A DNA stretch of 64,000 nucleotides from an uncultured Pseudomonadota bacterium. GTDB lineage: Bacteria > Pseudomonadota > Alphaproteobacteria > JACZXZ01. Positions 48,374-59,044 of this stretch are shown here, piece after piece (within the stretch, counting starts at the first letter, position 1; each line of letters begins with the position of its first letter). The stretch spans positions 384,001 to 448,000 of the forward strand of contig CAVVLJ010000017.1 in assembly GCA_963749075.1 (NCBI GenBank). The letters run 5' to 3'. A program made the translations under genes and the position numbers. The notes under the pieces are model-generated. The model saw only the letters and a program-made list of their open reading frames with translations. It did not search any database and was not told where the DNA came from.

Positions 48374-49285
48374 CTAGGCAACCACGGCCTGTGCACCTGC
48401 CGCGCGGCGCGGCGCCATCAGCCGGTCCACCAGGACATCGAGGCGCTGGGCATCGCGCGGCGCGTGCAGCTTCGCGTCGTTGTCGAAATAGATGAATACG
48501 TCGCGCGCCTTGCGCCGAGCCGCGCGCTCGCGCTCGGCGTCCCGCGGCTCGCCGCCGAGCGCCCACGCCTTGGCGCGCGCCGCCCACGCGGCCAGCAACG
48601 TCTCGTCGTAACCGCTGGCATAGAGCTCCTCGGAGCCGTGCAGGCGGCAGTAGACGAAATCCGCCGTCAGGTCCATGAGCCGAGGCCAGGCCGCCGCATC
48701 GGCGCAAACGAGCGCCACATCGTGGGCGGCGAGGAGCTCGATGAATTCCGGCACGGCAAAGCTCTCGTTGCGGATCTCGACCGCATGGCGCACGTGGAGC
48801 GGCACCGCGGCCTCGAACCAGCCCTTGCCGCGCAGCCGATCGTCGTGGCTCCGGGCAAGACGGACGGCCGCCTCGCCGTCGTGCGGCAAGAGCTTGAGGA
48901 ACGCCTCGCAGAGCGCGGCGTCGAAGCGGAAGCTCGGCGGGAACTGCCAGAGGATGGGGCCGAGCTTGGCGCCGAGCCGCAAGAGGCCCGAGGCGATGAA
49001 ATTGGCGAGCGGCGCCCGCACGTCGCGGAGCCGCCGCACGTGCGTGATGAAGCGAGGCGCCTTGACCGAGAAGACGAAGCCCTCCGGCGTCTCCGCCGCC
49101 CAGCGCGCGAAGCTCTCGGGCCGCTGCTGGCCGTAGAAGGTGCCATTGACCTCGATCGTGCGGAAGATGCCGCTCGCATAAGCGAGCTCGCGCTTCCGCG
49201 CCAGACCCTTGGGATAGAACTCGCCGCGCCACGCCGCGTAAGTCCATCCCGAGATGCCGATGCGCACCCTGCCTCTTTGTGCCAT
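48374..49285 (-). CDS. DUF72-family protein
   Basis: RIGISGWTY, IEVNGTFY, LWQFPP, YCRLHG, YFDND. Confidence 0.92.
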   Translation of the reverse strand: MAQRGRVRIGISGWTYAAWRGEFYPKGLARKRELAYASGIFRTIEVNGTFYGQQRPESFARWAAETPEGFVFSVKAPRFITHVRRLRDVRAPLANFIASGLLRLGAKLGPILWQFPPSFRFDAALCEAFLKLLPHDGEAAVRLARSHDDRLRGKGWFEAAVPLHVRHAVEIRNESFAVPEFIELLAAHDVALVCADAAAWPRLMDLTADFVYCRLHGSEELYASGYDETLLAAWAARAKAWALGGEPRDAERERAARRKARDVFIYFDNDAKLHAPRDAQRLDVLVDRLMAPRRAAGAQAVVA

Positions 49286-49452
49286 GGCGCCGCTGCCGCT
49301 CGCCGGTCCCGCTCCGCTGCCGCGGCGCTGCCTTGGCCGCGGCGGCGCCGCAGGATGCGATCTTAGCGCCATTCCGCGCTTGCGCGTCGAGCGTTCGTCC
49401 GCCACGGTGCCGCCTTACGGCCGCTGTCAGAGGCGGCGCCCGCCCGATGCTC

Positions 49453-50022
49453 TCAGCCGACGAAAGCGCCGAGCCCGCACTCGAAAATCCGGACCAAGGC
49501 CCAGAGGAGCAGCGCCGAGAGGGCGAGTCCGGAGACGATGCCGGGCGTTCCCGTTGCCCGGCGCGCCCAGAGGGGAAGCTCGCGCTCCTTGGCGATCCTG
49601 ATGGAGCCGGACTTGCCGCTCGGGAGATATCCCGCAAGCTTCGCCACGTGGTCCGCGAGCCGCCCCGACCAGGCGGCGATGCGCGCCTGCTCGGGCATCA
49701 TGAGCTCGAGATCGCTCGCCGGGTCGGGCGGCTCGACGAAGATGGCGAACATCGGCATGCGCCGTTGCGCGGCCGTGCGCATCTCCTCATACGCGGGCCG
49801 CGAATTCTCGGTCGCCTTGGAGACCACCAGCACGAAGGCGCGCGCTTGCTCGATCCCCCTCGGCGCCTGCCCCACGACGGCGCGGCCGCCGCGCAGGCCA
49901 CGCGGCGCCATGACGCAACGCAAGCCGTGATCCTCGAGGATGGCGCAGATATCGTTCGCCTTGGCCCAATCGGTCGGCGCAAAGCTGACGAAGGCTGCGT
50001 AGGGGAGCGCGCTTGCGGCCAT
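49453..50022 (-). CDS. TIR-domain protein with a C-terminal TM helix
   Basis: AFVSF..TD…ICAILEDHGLRCVMAPR…FVLVVS…NSRPAYEEM matches the TIR_2 pattern; hydrophobic C-terminus. Confidence 0.75.
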   Translation of the reverse strand: MAASALPYAAFVSFAPTDWAKANDICAILEDHGLRCVMAPRGLRGGRAVVGQAPRGIEQARAFVLVVSKATENSRPAYEEMRTAAQRRMPMFAIFVEPPDPASDLELMMPEQARIAAWSGRLADHVAKLAGYLPSGKSGSIRIAKERELPLWARRATGTPGIVSGLALSALLLWALVRIFECGLGAFVG

Positions 50023-50456
50023 CACCCAAGGTCCGGATTGGCGGCACCCGGCCGATCCGCGGCCGGCGCAGAGCACGTCCGGCGCGGACTTGCCGCCCTG
50101 CCGGCAAAGCCATGGCGCCGGCGGGCGCCGCCGGGAAAAGTCGGAGCCGCCGCTTCTAGCAATAGAATAGGGCCAATGGTTTGAGCCAAGTCAATTGCGA
50201 AAATGCCGTCTTTCCGCCGCCGCGATGTCACGGGCAGGCGGTGCCATCGCCGGGTGCACTTGCGGCATCCCGATTTCGATCGAGGGCCGCTCCGCCGCTA
50301 CGCAACGGTTTCAGGCAGGGGTCAACGACGACGGGATCTCATAGCCCGTATCATGCGCGCCGCAGGCGGGACGCAGGCCGTCAATCCTCTCCCCTTGAGC
50401 CGCACCGAATGCCGAGCGACGCTGCGCTCCGCGAAGCGCACCATGCACCTCAGGCG

Positions 50457-51890
50457 TCAATCGCGACTCTCGTCGGTCGAATTGACGCCAAAGCCGGAGG
50501 TTAGGTTCGCGACGAGCGCGTCGCGCTGGAGCGCCGGCCATAACTGAGCAGGGTCATTGCAATGCTCTTGCGCGATCGTGAAGCAGGCGTCGACGGCCGC
50601 GGGGTGAAACCCCGAGCCCCGTCGGCTGGTCAATTCGGCGAGCGCAGCTTCGATCCTCCGGGCCGGGCGGTAGGGACGGTGCTCCGACATTGCCTCAAGC
50701 ACGTCCGCGACGGCGATGATCTGCGCTTCCTCGACGATCTCGTCGCCCTTCAATCCATGCGGATATCCCGAGCCGTCGAGACGCTCGTGATGCTGGCCCA
50801 CCATTGCGGCGATCGGCCAGGGAAGTACGATGCCCTCGAGGATGTCCTGCCCGGTCATGGCATGCGCTTGTATGACGGCGAACTCGGCCTTGCTCAAGGC
50901 CACGGGCTTGGTGAGAAGCTCCACGGGAACGGCAATCTTCCCCACGTCATGGACGAGGGCGCCGAGATACAGTCCCTCGAGCTTCTCTCGATCCAGTCCG
51001 AGCCGACGTCCGATCTCGAAGGACAGGTCGGCCACGTGGCGTTGATGTCCCGCGGTATACGCGTCCCGTTTCTCGATCGTCGCCGCAAGCGCGTGCACGG
51101 TTTGTACGAGAGCGCGATGCCGCTCCCTCCCCGCCTGCACCAGGATCGTCACGTCGGTCAAAATGCCCTCGACATAAGGGGCCTTCCCGTTATTGGAAAT
51201 GTGCAGAGTGGTCCGGTCGTCGATCCAGCGAACCTGCCCGCTCGCCGTCTTGACGCGGTACCGCTGGGTGAATGCTTGGGTGCCGCTCGCCACGCGCTGC
51301 TCGAGCTGGGCGATGACGCGCGGATAGTCCTCCGGCACCACGACATCCGCGAACCTGATCCGGCCCTCGGTGAAATCGAGGGGTCGATAGCCATAGCTTG
51401 CGACGTTGGGCGAGACGTATTCGATGGGAAAGTCGGGGGTGAGGTGCGCCCGATAGAGCACGCTGCCGCTGTTCTCGACGATCTGGTTGGCGATCGAGAG
51501 CTGGTCCTTGAGCCGCTCCCGCTCGGAGCGGTCGATGACGACGGCGGAGCTGCCGAGAAACCGGCCCGTCTCGTCGTGGATCGAGGACGGCAGCACGCTC
51601 ACATAGACGGAGCTGCCGTCCGGACGCAGCACCTCGAACTCGTACGATTTGCTGTCGCGCCCCTTGCGCCGAAGGAACGTCGCCTCGAATTGAGCGCCGG
51701 AAGACGGCGTCAGCAATTTGACGGCCGGCGTATCGAGAATGCTTTTTTCTGTGGTCGCGAGCAATTTGCACAACGTGGGGTTGGCCCAGCACACGATTCC
51801 ATTCTCGTCGACAACAATAACGCCGACGCGAAGGCGCGAAACCAGCTCCTCGATCGTCAACCCCAGGACACGACGGCGCAATGGGCTCAT
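50457..51890 (-). CDS. PAS-PAS-HD-GYP cyclic-dinucleotide phosphodiesterase
   Basis: RDAYTAGH, HDVGK, HHERLDGSGYP, AVADV. Confidence 0.93.
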   Translation of the reverse strand: MSPLRRRVLGLTIEELVSRLRVGVIVVDENGIVCWANPTLCKLLATTEKSILDTPAVKLLTPSSGAQFEATFLRRKGRDSKSYEFEVLRPDGSSVYVSVLPSSIHDETGRFLGSSAVVIDRSERERLKDQLSIANQIVENSGSVLYRAHLTPDFPIEYVSPNVASYGYRPLDFTEGRIRFADVVVPEDYPRVIAQLEQRVASGTQAFTQRYRVKTASGQVRWIDDRTTLHISNNGKAPYVEGILTDVTILVQAGRERHRALVQTVHALAATIEKRDAYTAGHQRHVADLSFEIGRRLGLDREKLEGLYLGALVHDVGKIAVPVELLTKPVALSKAEFAVIQAHAMTGQDILEGIVLPWPIAAMVGQHHERLDGSGYPHGLKGDEIVEEAQIIAVADVLEAMSEHRPYRPARRIEAALAELTSRRGSGFHPAAVDACFTIAQEHCNDPAQLWPALQRDALVANLTSGFGVNSTDESRD

Positions 51891-52437
51891 GAATGGCAGT
51901 ATATGCCTTATGAATGCGGCTGTATATACTCGGGTCTCTTCAATTTATAGGTAATCCCTTTTTGGCGCTACTCGGAGATGCCCTTGGGAAATCGCGGCGG
52001 TGGCAATTCGATGGAATTCCGGCGGCACCCCTCGCGGAGACGGCAGAGCGAAATTGCTACCTTTGCGAGCAGAGCGACAGGCGACCCGAGCAGCCCTGGG
52101 ACGCGCACCGGATTGGGTGGCATTCGGCCGGCTCGTCGAACAAGAGAGCGGGGAGCTTGTGTGCGCCGCAATACGCATCGCGAAGCAGCGCCGCGAAACG
52201 CGCCAATTTTGCCCGCACGGACGACTACGATGCGCTACGTATGCGAGAGTGTCTCAACATCGACGCGCGTCGGCAATATTCCGTAAATCGTGCCGAAATC
52301 GGGCCATTCGAGCGAAATCGCTCAGGCGTCGGGGCGATAAGACCGATTTTCCTCGCACGCTGATACCGGACAATTTTCACCCCCTGCCTCCGCGCGCAAG
52401 GTTTTGCCCGCCGTTTTCCGTGCTATAGGGGAGCAAA

Positions 52438-54123
52438 ATGGAGGCGAGCGTGGCAGAACAAGTCGACCCCATCACCATCTCGGTCATTCAGCACCGCCTG
52501 CTCGCCATCGTCGAGGAGATGGGCGAGGCGATGCTGCGCACCTCCTACTCGCAGATACTGAACTCCAGCCGCGACTTCTCGACCGGCATCTGCGATCTCG
52601 ACGGCAGGCTCATCGCGCAAGCGGAGCATGTGCCGATCCACGTCGGCGCACTCCCCTGGGCCGCGCGCTCCGTGCGCGACTTCTTCCGTGCGGACGTTCA
52701 TCCCGGCGACGTCTTCCTGCTCAACGATCCCTATCACGGCGGCAACCACCTCCCCGACCTCACCGCTTTCGTGCCGGTGTTCGACGGCGGGAAGCCGGTC
52801 TACTGGTCGATCAACCGGGCGCATCAGAGCGACATCGGCGGCGCCACCCACGGCGCCTACAATGCCGCCGCCACAGAGATCTGGCAGGAGGGCATCCGCA
52901 TCACGCCGCTCAAGCTCTACGAGCGCGGCGAGCTCCGCCGCGACGTCCTGGAGATGCTGGCGACCAACGTGCGCCATCCCCGCGACTTCCGCGGCGATCT
53001 CGCGGCCATGATCGGCTCGGCGCGGGTGGGCGAGCGGCGTCTCCTGGCGCTCGCCGGCGAATTCGGCTGGGCCACGACCTATGCCGCGATCGAGGCGGTG
53101 CTCGACAGCGCCGAGCGCCAGACGCGCGCCGTCATCGCGGAATGGAAGGACGGCGTCTACCAGGGCGAGGCCATCCTCGACGACGACGGCCATGGCTACC
53201 GCGACATCGCCATCCGCGCCACCGTCACCAAGCGCGGCAGCGGCCTCATCGTCGACCTCTCGGACTCGCATGAGCAGGTCGTGGGCTTCGTCAATTCGTC
53301 CTATCCCAACATGCGCTCGGCGGTGGCGGTGGCGCTCTCCTATCTCATCGACCCGCACACGCCGAAGAACGACGGCACCTTCCGGCCGCTCGAGGTGATC
53401 GCCAGGGAGGGCACCGTGGTGTGGGCGCGGGAGGGCGCGCCGGTGACGCTTGCCACCAATCACTGCGGCCAGGAGATCATCGAGGCGATCATCCGCGCCC
53501 TCGCCCCCGCCTGTCCCGAGCGTGCCATGGCGGGCTGGGGACGGCGCTTTCGCATCGCCATCCAGGGGCGCGACCCGCGCAACGGAAAGCCGTTCATCTG
53601 GCACATGTTCCAGGCGCGTCCGGGCGGCGGCGCCTCCAAGGCCGGCGACGGCTGGCCGGGGGCGGGCGAGTGGCAGGCCGCGGGCGGCATCAAGTTCGGC
53701 AGCCTCGAGGTGACCGAGGTGCGCTTTCCGCTCTTCTTCCGCAGCCACGAATTCCGCCCGGACTCGGGCGGCGAGGGCGAATATCGCGGCGGCCCCGGCT
53801 GCCTCCTCGAGATGGTGGTGGAGACCGCCGAGCCGGCGCTCGGCAACACGGCGGGCGACGGCGTGCGCCACGGCGCCTGCGGCATCTTGGGCGGCGCCGA
53901 CGGGCTGCCGCACCGCTACACCCTCCATTCCGCGGGCCTGCCGCCGCGGCCGATCAAGACCAAGGAGGTCGGCATCCCGATCCGCCCGCACGACGTGTTC
54001 GTCGTCGAGTCCGGCGGCGGCGGCGGCTGGGGCGATGCCAAGAAGCGCAGCGCAGCAGGGCGGGCGCATGATGTGGAGAGCGGCTTCGTGAGCGCGCCCG
54101 CGGCGGTCAAGGGCGGGAGCTGA
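52438..54123 (+). CDS. Hydantoinase B/oxoprolinase-family subunit
   Basis: EEMGEAMLRTSYS, RDFST, NDPYHGGNHLPD, SGGGGGWG. Confidence 0.92.
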   Translation: MEASVAEQVDPITISVIQHRLLAIVEEMGEAMLRTSYSQILNSSRDFSTGICDLDGRLIAQAEHVPIHVGALPWAARSVRDFFRADVHPGDVFLLNDPYHGGNHLPDLTAFVPVFDGGKPVYWSINRAHQSDIGGATHGAYNAAATEIWQEGIRITPLKLYERGELRRDVLEMLATNVRHPRDFRGDLAAMIGSARVGERRLLALAGEFGWATTYAAIEAVLDSAERQTRAVIAEWKDGVYQGEAILDDDGHGYRDIAIRATVTKRGSGLIVDLSDSHEQVVGFVNSSYPNMRSAVAVALSYLIDPHTPKNDGTFRPLEVIAREGTVVWAREGAPVTLATNHCGQEIIEAIIRALAPACPERAMAGWGRRFRIAIQGRDPRNGKPFIWHMFQARPGGGASKAGDGWPGAGEWQAAGGIKFGSLEVTEVRFPLFFRSHEFRPDSGGEGEYRGGPGCLLEMVVETAEPALGNTAGDGVRHGACGILGGADGLPHRYTLHSAGLPPRPIKTKEVGIPIRPHDVFVVESGGGGGWGDAKKRSAAGRAHDVESGFVSAPAAVKGGS

Positions 54124-54126
54124 GCC

Positions 54127-56184
54127 ATGTACCGCATCGGCATCGATGTGGGCGGCACCTTCACCGATCTTGTCGCCGTCGACCCCTCGGGCGTGGCTGT
54201 CCTCGCCAAGACGGAATCGACGCCGCACGATCCCTCGCTCGGCGTGATGGCGGGGCTGGAGCGTCTCGCCGAGGCGCTGCGGCTGCCGCCCGGGGAGCTG
54301 CTCGCGCAAACCGAGCGCATCGTCCACGGCACCACGGTCGCCACCAACGCGCTTCTCGAGAAGAAGGGGGCAAAGGTCGGGCTGCTGACGACCGAGGGCC
54401 ATCGCGACGTCCTCGAGATGCGCGAGGGCCTGAAGGACGACCGCTACAACCTGCGCATGCCGCCGCCGGAGCCGCTGGTGCCGCGCCATCGCCGCCTCGG
54501 CGTGCGCGAGCGCCTGCGCGCCTGTGGCCGGGTCGAGACGCCGCTCGACAAGCCCTCGCTCGAGCGCGCCATAGCCCTGCTCAAACGCGACGAGGTGGAC
54601 TCGGTCGCTGTCTGCTATCTCCACGCCTATCGCGATCCGCGCCACGAGCGTGCGACGGCCGCAGCACTCGCCGCGGCCTTGCCGGGCGCCTACGTCTCGC
54701 TCTCCTCCGACATCTTCCCCCAGATCAAGGAGTTCGAGCGGGTCTCGACGGCGGTGGTGAACGCCTATGTGGGGCCCACGCTGTCGCGCTATCTCGGCAG
54801 ACTCGCCGAGCGTCTCATTGCGGCCGGCTACGGCGGACCGCTCCTCATCATCCAGTCCCACGGCGGCGTGGCGCCGGTTGCCGAGGCGGCGCGGCTGGCT
54901 GCGGGCGGCGTGCTCTCGGGACCCGCGGGCGGCGTCGCCGGCAGCCGCTACTCGGCACGCCTCCTCGGCACGGGCAATCTCATTCCCTTCGACATGGGCG
55001 GCACCAGCACGGACATCTGCCTCATCATCGACGGCGAGCCGTCGCTTGCCTCAGGTCGCAAGGTTGGCGGCCATCGCGTGGCGCTGAACAGCCTCGACAT
55101 CGTGACGCTCGGTGCGGGCGGCGGCTCGATCGGCCGCGTCGACGCGGGCGGCATCCTGCACGTGGGGCCGGAGAGTGCCGGCGCCGATCCCGGACCCGCC
55201 TGCTACGGCAAGGGCGGCGGTGCTGCCACGGTGACCGACGCCAATCTCGTGCTCGGCTACCTCGACGCGCGGCATTTCCTCGGCGGGCGCAGCATTCTCG
55301 ACGGCAAGGCCGCCGAGGCGGCGCTCGACCGCCTGGCGCGGGAGCTCGGCGTCGAGCGCATCGCCGCGGCCGAGGGCGTCCACCGCGTGGTCAACACCAA
55401 CATGGCGGAGGGCATCCGCGTCGTGTCGGTGAGGCGCGGCGTCGATCCCCGGCGCTTTGCGCTCCTCTCCTTCGGCGGTGCCGCCGGATTGCACGTCACC
55501 GACGTGGCGCGGCAGCTCGACCTCGGCCGCGTCGTGGTGCCGCGGGTCGCCGCGGTGCTCTCGGCCTGGGGCATGCTCGCGACCGATCTCCGCTTCGAGG
55601 TTACGCGCACCCATATCGGCGATGCCGGCCGCCTCGACGGTGCGGCGATCAAGCGGCTCTTCGCGGAGCTGGAGCAGGAGGCCACCCACCGCCTCAGCGC
55701 CTCCTTCTCCGGCCCCGTGCGCGTGCAGCGCTCCGTCGACATGCGCTACGGCGAGCAGATCTTCGAGATCAACGTCGGCCTCGACGAGGTGGACTGGAGC
55801 GCCGCCGATCCGCTGCCGCAGATCGTCGAGCGCTTCCACCGCCGCCACGAGGAACTCTATACCTACGCCATGCGCGAGCAGGAGGCGGTGCTGGTCAACG
55901 CGCGGGCGGTGGCGGTGGGGGTGCTGCCGGACCTGCCGCAGGAGCCGAGCCTCGCGGCGCGCGCTGCGGCGGCGCCTCGCGGCGAGCGTCGCATCTATCT
56001 CGGCGGCTGGCGCACGGTGCCGGTCTACGACTTCGACGCGTTGGCCCCGGGCCAGGCGATTGCCGGCCCCGCGATCGTCGAATCCGCCATGACGACGGTG
56101 CTGCTGCGCCCCGGCAACTCGGCGCGCGTGACGCCCCACGGCTGGCTCGACATCGCCGTGCCGGTGCGCGCCGCGTCCGCATGA
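54127..56184 (+). CDS. Hydantoinase A/oxoprolinase-family subunit
   Basis: IDVGGTFTD, HGTTVATNA, SGPAGG, DMGGTSTD, GPESAGADPGPACY. Confidence 0.93.
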   Translation: MYRIGIDVGGTFTDLVAVDPSGVAVLAKTESTPHDPSLGVMAGLERLAEALRLPPGELLAQTERIVHGTTVATNALLEKKGAKVGLLTTEGHRDVLEMREGLKDDRYNLRMPPPEPLVPRHRRLGVRERLRACGRVETPLDKPSLERAIALLKRDEVDSVAVCYLHAYRDPRHERATAAALAAALPGAYVSLSSDIFPQIKEFERVSTAVVNAYVGPTLSRYLGRLAERLIAAGYGGPLLIIQSHGGVAPVAEAARLAAGGVLSGPAGGVAGSRYSARLLGTGNLIPFDMGGTSTDICLIIDGEPSLASGRKVGGHRVALNSLDIVTLGAGGGSIGRVDAGGILHVGPESAGADPGPACYGKGGGAATVTDANLVLGYLDARHFLGGRSILDGKAAEAALDRLARELGVERIAAAEGVHRVVNTNMAEGIRVVSVRRGVDPRRFALLSFGGAAGLHVTDVARQLDLGRVVVPRVAAVLSAWGMLATDLRFEVTRTHIGDAGRLDGAAIKRLFAELEQEATHRLSASFSGPVRVQRSVDMRYGEQIFEINVGLDEVDWSAADPLPQIVERFHRRHEELYTYAMREQEAVLVNARAVAVGVLPDLPQEPSLAARAAAAPRGERRIYLGGWRTVPVYDFDALAPGQAIAGPAIVESAMTTVLLRPGNSARVTPHGWLDIAVPVRAASA

Positions 56185-56402
56185 GACGCACGAGCGGGCG
56201 GGGGCGGATCAAGCGCGGCAAGCGGAATCGTCTTGACCTCTGAGATGACCGTACAGTCCCTCGTCAAGCGCATGCGTACCGAAGCCCCTGGTGCACGGAG
56301 GCTCGCGCGATGCTGGTGCCGCCTCGGGACGAAACCGGTGGGGTCCCCTTCAGTTCGATTCCGGCTTTGGAATCGAACGCGGGCCGTGCCCAATTCACGC
56401 GC

Positions 56403-56828
56403 TCACCGGCGTACCGCCCCGCTCCGTCCCCGCTCGCATAGCTCCAGGAACTTGGCTTTCGCCTGGGCGAAGAGGCCGGGCGGGATGAAGCCGTAGCTGA
56501 AGACACCGGGTCGGCCCGGCACCGGCGCCAAGCCGCCGTTTGGCCACTCGTCAACGTTGTGCTCCGAGACAATGACCCGGCTCGGCGCTTCGCCCAGGCC
56601 CAGCGCCTTTCGGAGCTTCGCCGGAATCTCCACCCCAACCGTATCGCCGTCCGGCCGGGTGTGCGTGATTGGAAGGATGACGACGAAGCGCGGCACCGCG
56701 GCGGAGTCCATGGCGGCGACCAGACAGGCAGGGCGCTCCTTCCCCTGGTCGCGGCCAACGGCAGCTTCCCGGGTCCAGAGATAGCCGTAACGGATGACCA
56801 GACCGGGACTGGGCTCCGGCAGAGGCAC
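56403..56828 (-). CDS. PemK/MazF-like toxin
   Basis: GLVIRYGYLW…GKERPACLV…LPITHT; directly downstream of the antitoxin. Confidence 0.75.
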   Translation of the reverse strand: MPLPEPSPGLVIRYGYLWTREAAVGRDQGKERPACLVAAMDSAAVPRFVVILPITHTRPDGDTVGVEIPAKLRKALGLGEAPSRVIVSEHNVDEWPNGGLAPVPGRPGVFSYGFIPPGLFAQAKAKFLELCERGRSGAVRR

Positions 56829-56838
56829 GGCGGGCGTC

Positions 56839-57093
56839 TCACTTCAGCAGGTCGTCGAGGCTCGCATGCTCCGGGTCCATCTCCGCGCGCCGCACCGCAT
56901 CTGGAACGACCGAGGCGGCATCGGCCGTCCTGTGCGTCCGCCGTGCGGCAGCCACGAGCCAGTCGTAGTGGTCCGCGGACATCAGTACCAGTTCGCGCCG
57001 TCCATGTCGGGTGATCTCCACCGGCTCGCGCTGGGCCCGATGCTGGAACTCTCCGAACTTGCGCTGAAACTCCACAGCGGTCGTTTGAGCCAT
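56839..57093 (-). CDS. Phd/YefM-family antitoxin
   Basis: TAVEFQRKFGEF…EPVEITRHGRRELVLMSA; GAGGAGG RBS. Confidence 0.88.
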   Translation of the reverse strand: MAQTTAVEFQRKFGEFQHRAQREPVEITRHGRRELVLMSADHYDWLVAAARRTHRTADAASVVPDAVRRAEMDPEHASLDDLLK

Positions 57094-57113
57094 GGCCTCC
57101 TCAATGGTATAAC

Positions 57114-57128
57114 TCCAGACTATCTGGA
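57114..57128. promoter_or_regulatory. Palindromic operator of the toxin-antitoxin operon
   Basis: TCCAGA-CTA-TCTGGA just upstream of the antitoxin RBS. Confidence 0.6.
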
Positions 57129-57785
57129 TTGTCTGTGTTAAATCCAAACGATCCGAGCGTGTCGAGCGCCGGTTCACGGCCGCTCCTTGTAAATATTTCG
57201 GGACGATCCTTCGGCGGAGCGAGCCTCAGCCCCGAGGCTGCCCGCTAAGCATTTGAAATAGCGCATGTATTTTGCTCGATGGAGGACCGCTCGGCCATGC
57301 CCTGCCCGGCCGAGGAAAGTGATCGCGGGGAAGTGCACTACGGAGAATGCGTATCGCACCCAGGCGTTGAAAAAGGCTTGACTGCCGCGGCGCCGGGACG
57401 GTGCCGGTCCCTAGGGGAGAAGGAAGGGCGGACGCTCCGGGCCGCCGTCTCCCCCTGACGAAGAGAATCCCGCGCACGCCGCGATGGCCGAACCACCCCT
57501 CGAGATCCCCGACTATGTCGAGATGGTTGCCATCGATGGTGCCGTCCTTCAACGCCTTCGCGACAGGCAGAGGCGCCCATTCGCCCATTGCTATCGGCCC
57601 GTCTCGGCTGGGACGAGACGTTCCCGCACTATCGGCGTCCGCTCGGCATCGACTGGCTCACGGCCCTCACGAAAGCGGCCCTCGCGGCACTTGCGCGGCC
57701 GAGAAAGAAGCCGCGCCGGCGTGAACTACTCAGGGTCACCCTCGCCCATTGCCTCGACGAAGGAATCCGGCTAATCCGTAGCGGG

Positions 57786-59018
57786 ATGGGCGAGCCGCGG
57801 TCATGCCGTTTGTGCCAGGGGCGCGATCTCTCCGAGGCGCTGTCGCTCGAGCGCATGCCGGTTTCCCACCATCTGCGGCGCCACGCGAGCGAGCCCGATC
57901 CGCGCTTCTCACTCCGCTTCGAGATATGCGGGAGCTGCGGGCTCGTCCAGATCGTCGACGCCGTGCCGGCGGCGCTCCTCTACAGGGGCGCGGACACCTA
58001 CACCACGGGCTTCCAGAAACCCCGCCATCTCGATGACCTGATCGCCACCGCGATCGCCTGCGATGATCCCGGCCGCGTGCTCGACGTCGGCTGCAACGAC
58101 GGCCTGCTCATGGCGGCGCTCGCGCGGCACGGCTACGGCTTCGTGGCCGGGGTCGAACCGAACTGTGCCGCGGCGGCGCTCGCGGCCAAGGCGGGGCACG
58201 TGGTCTATCGCGATTTCCTCTCGCCGGCCCTGGCCGAACGCATCGTCGCCGCGCACGGCCTATTCGACGCCCTCTATCTCCGCCATGTCGCCGAGCATGT
58301 CGCCGAGCTCGCGGGCTTCTTCGCGGCCCTGCGCCGGCTGCTGCGCGAGGGCGGGCTGCTGGTCATGGAGCTGCCCGAGGTCGAGGCCGGCTTCGCGCGC
58401 GGCAATCCCGCCATCCTCTGGGAGGAGCACGTCAGCTATTTCACCGAGCCCTTGGCCGCCTATCTTCTCGAGCTGTACGGCTTCCGCGTGCTCGAGCGGC
58501 GCCGCTATGCCTTCGGCGGCGGCTCCATCGCTTTCGTCGCCCGCAAGCAAGCACCGCCGACGCCGGTCCCGCCGCCGCCCCGCCCGGCGCCGGCGATCCG
58601 CCTCGCCCGCCGCTTCGTGGCGGGCGTCGAGCGCTATCGGTTGGCACTTCGCGGCGCCGTGAGTGCGGCGCATGCGGCCGGCTATAAGATCGCAATATAC
58701 GGCGCGGCACCTCGCTCATCGGTGGTGGCCAGCGTCTGCGAAATCGGCGGCGCGCTCGATCTCGTGATCGACGATCGGAGCGACCTCCAGGGCCGCTTGA
58801 TGCCCGGGACCGATCGGCCGATCCGCTCGCTCGCCGAAGCGGCCGGCGAGATCGACGGGCCGCTCCTCTGCCTTCTCGGGGTGGGTGCCGAGAACGAGTT
58901 CAAGGTGCGCGCCCGGATGGCTGCCCATTTGCCCGCACCGCCGCTCTGCATTAGCCTTTTCCCGCCGCGTGATACACTTTCCTCGGCCGCGGCGGCGTTG
59001 GCGGTCATCGCCGCCTAG
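57786..59018 (+). CDS. NDP-sugar C-methyltransferase-like class I SAM methyltransferase
   Basis: CRLC…CGSCGLVQ zinc site, LDVGCNDG, EEHVSYF, IYGAA, QGRLMPG. Confidence 0.85.
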   Translation: MGEPRSCRLCQGRDLSEALSLERMPVSHHLRRHASEPDPRFSLRFEICGSCGLVQIVDAVPAALLYRGADTYTTGFQKPRHLDDLIATAIACDDPGRVLDVGCNDGLLMAALARHGYGFVAGVEPNCAAAALAAKAGHVVYRDFLSPALAERIVAAHGLFDALYLRHVAEHVAELAGFFAALRRLLREGGLLVMELPEVEAGFARGNPAILWEEHVSYFTEPLAAYLLELYGFRVLERRRYAFGGGSIAFVARKQAPPTPVPPPPRPAPAIRLARRFVAGVERYRLALRGAVSAAHAAGYKIAIYGAAPRSSVVASVCEIGGALDLVIDDRSDLQGRLMPGTDRPIRSLAEAAGEIDGPLLCLLGVGAENEFKVRARMAAHLPAPPLCISLFPPRDTLSSAAAALAVIAA

Positions 59019-59044
59019 GCCAGGCCTTTGGGGAAAGAGCCGAG

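Noticed and set aside
51900-52430. Short ORFs in the HD-GYP/hydantoinase divergent spacer
   Set aside because: No RBS, motif or host-like codon bias; treated as non-coding
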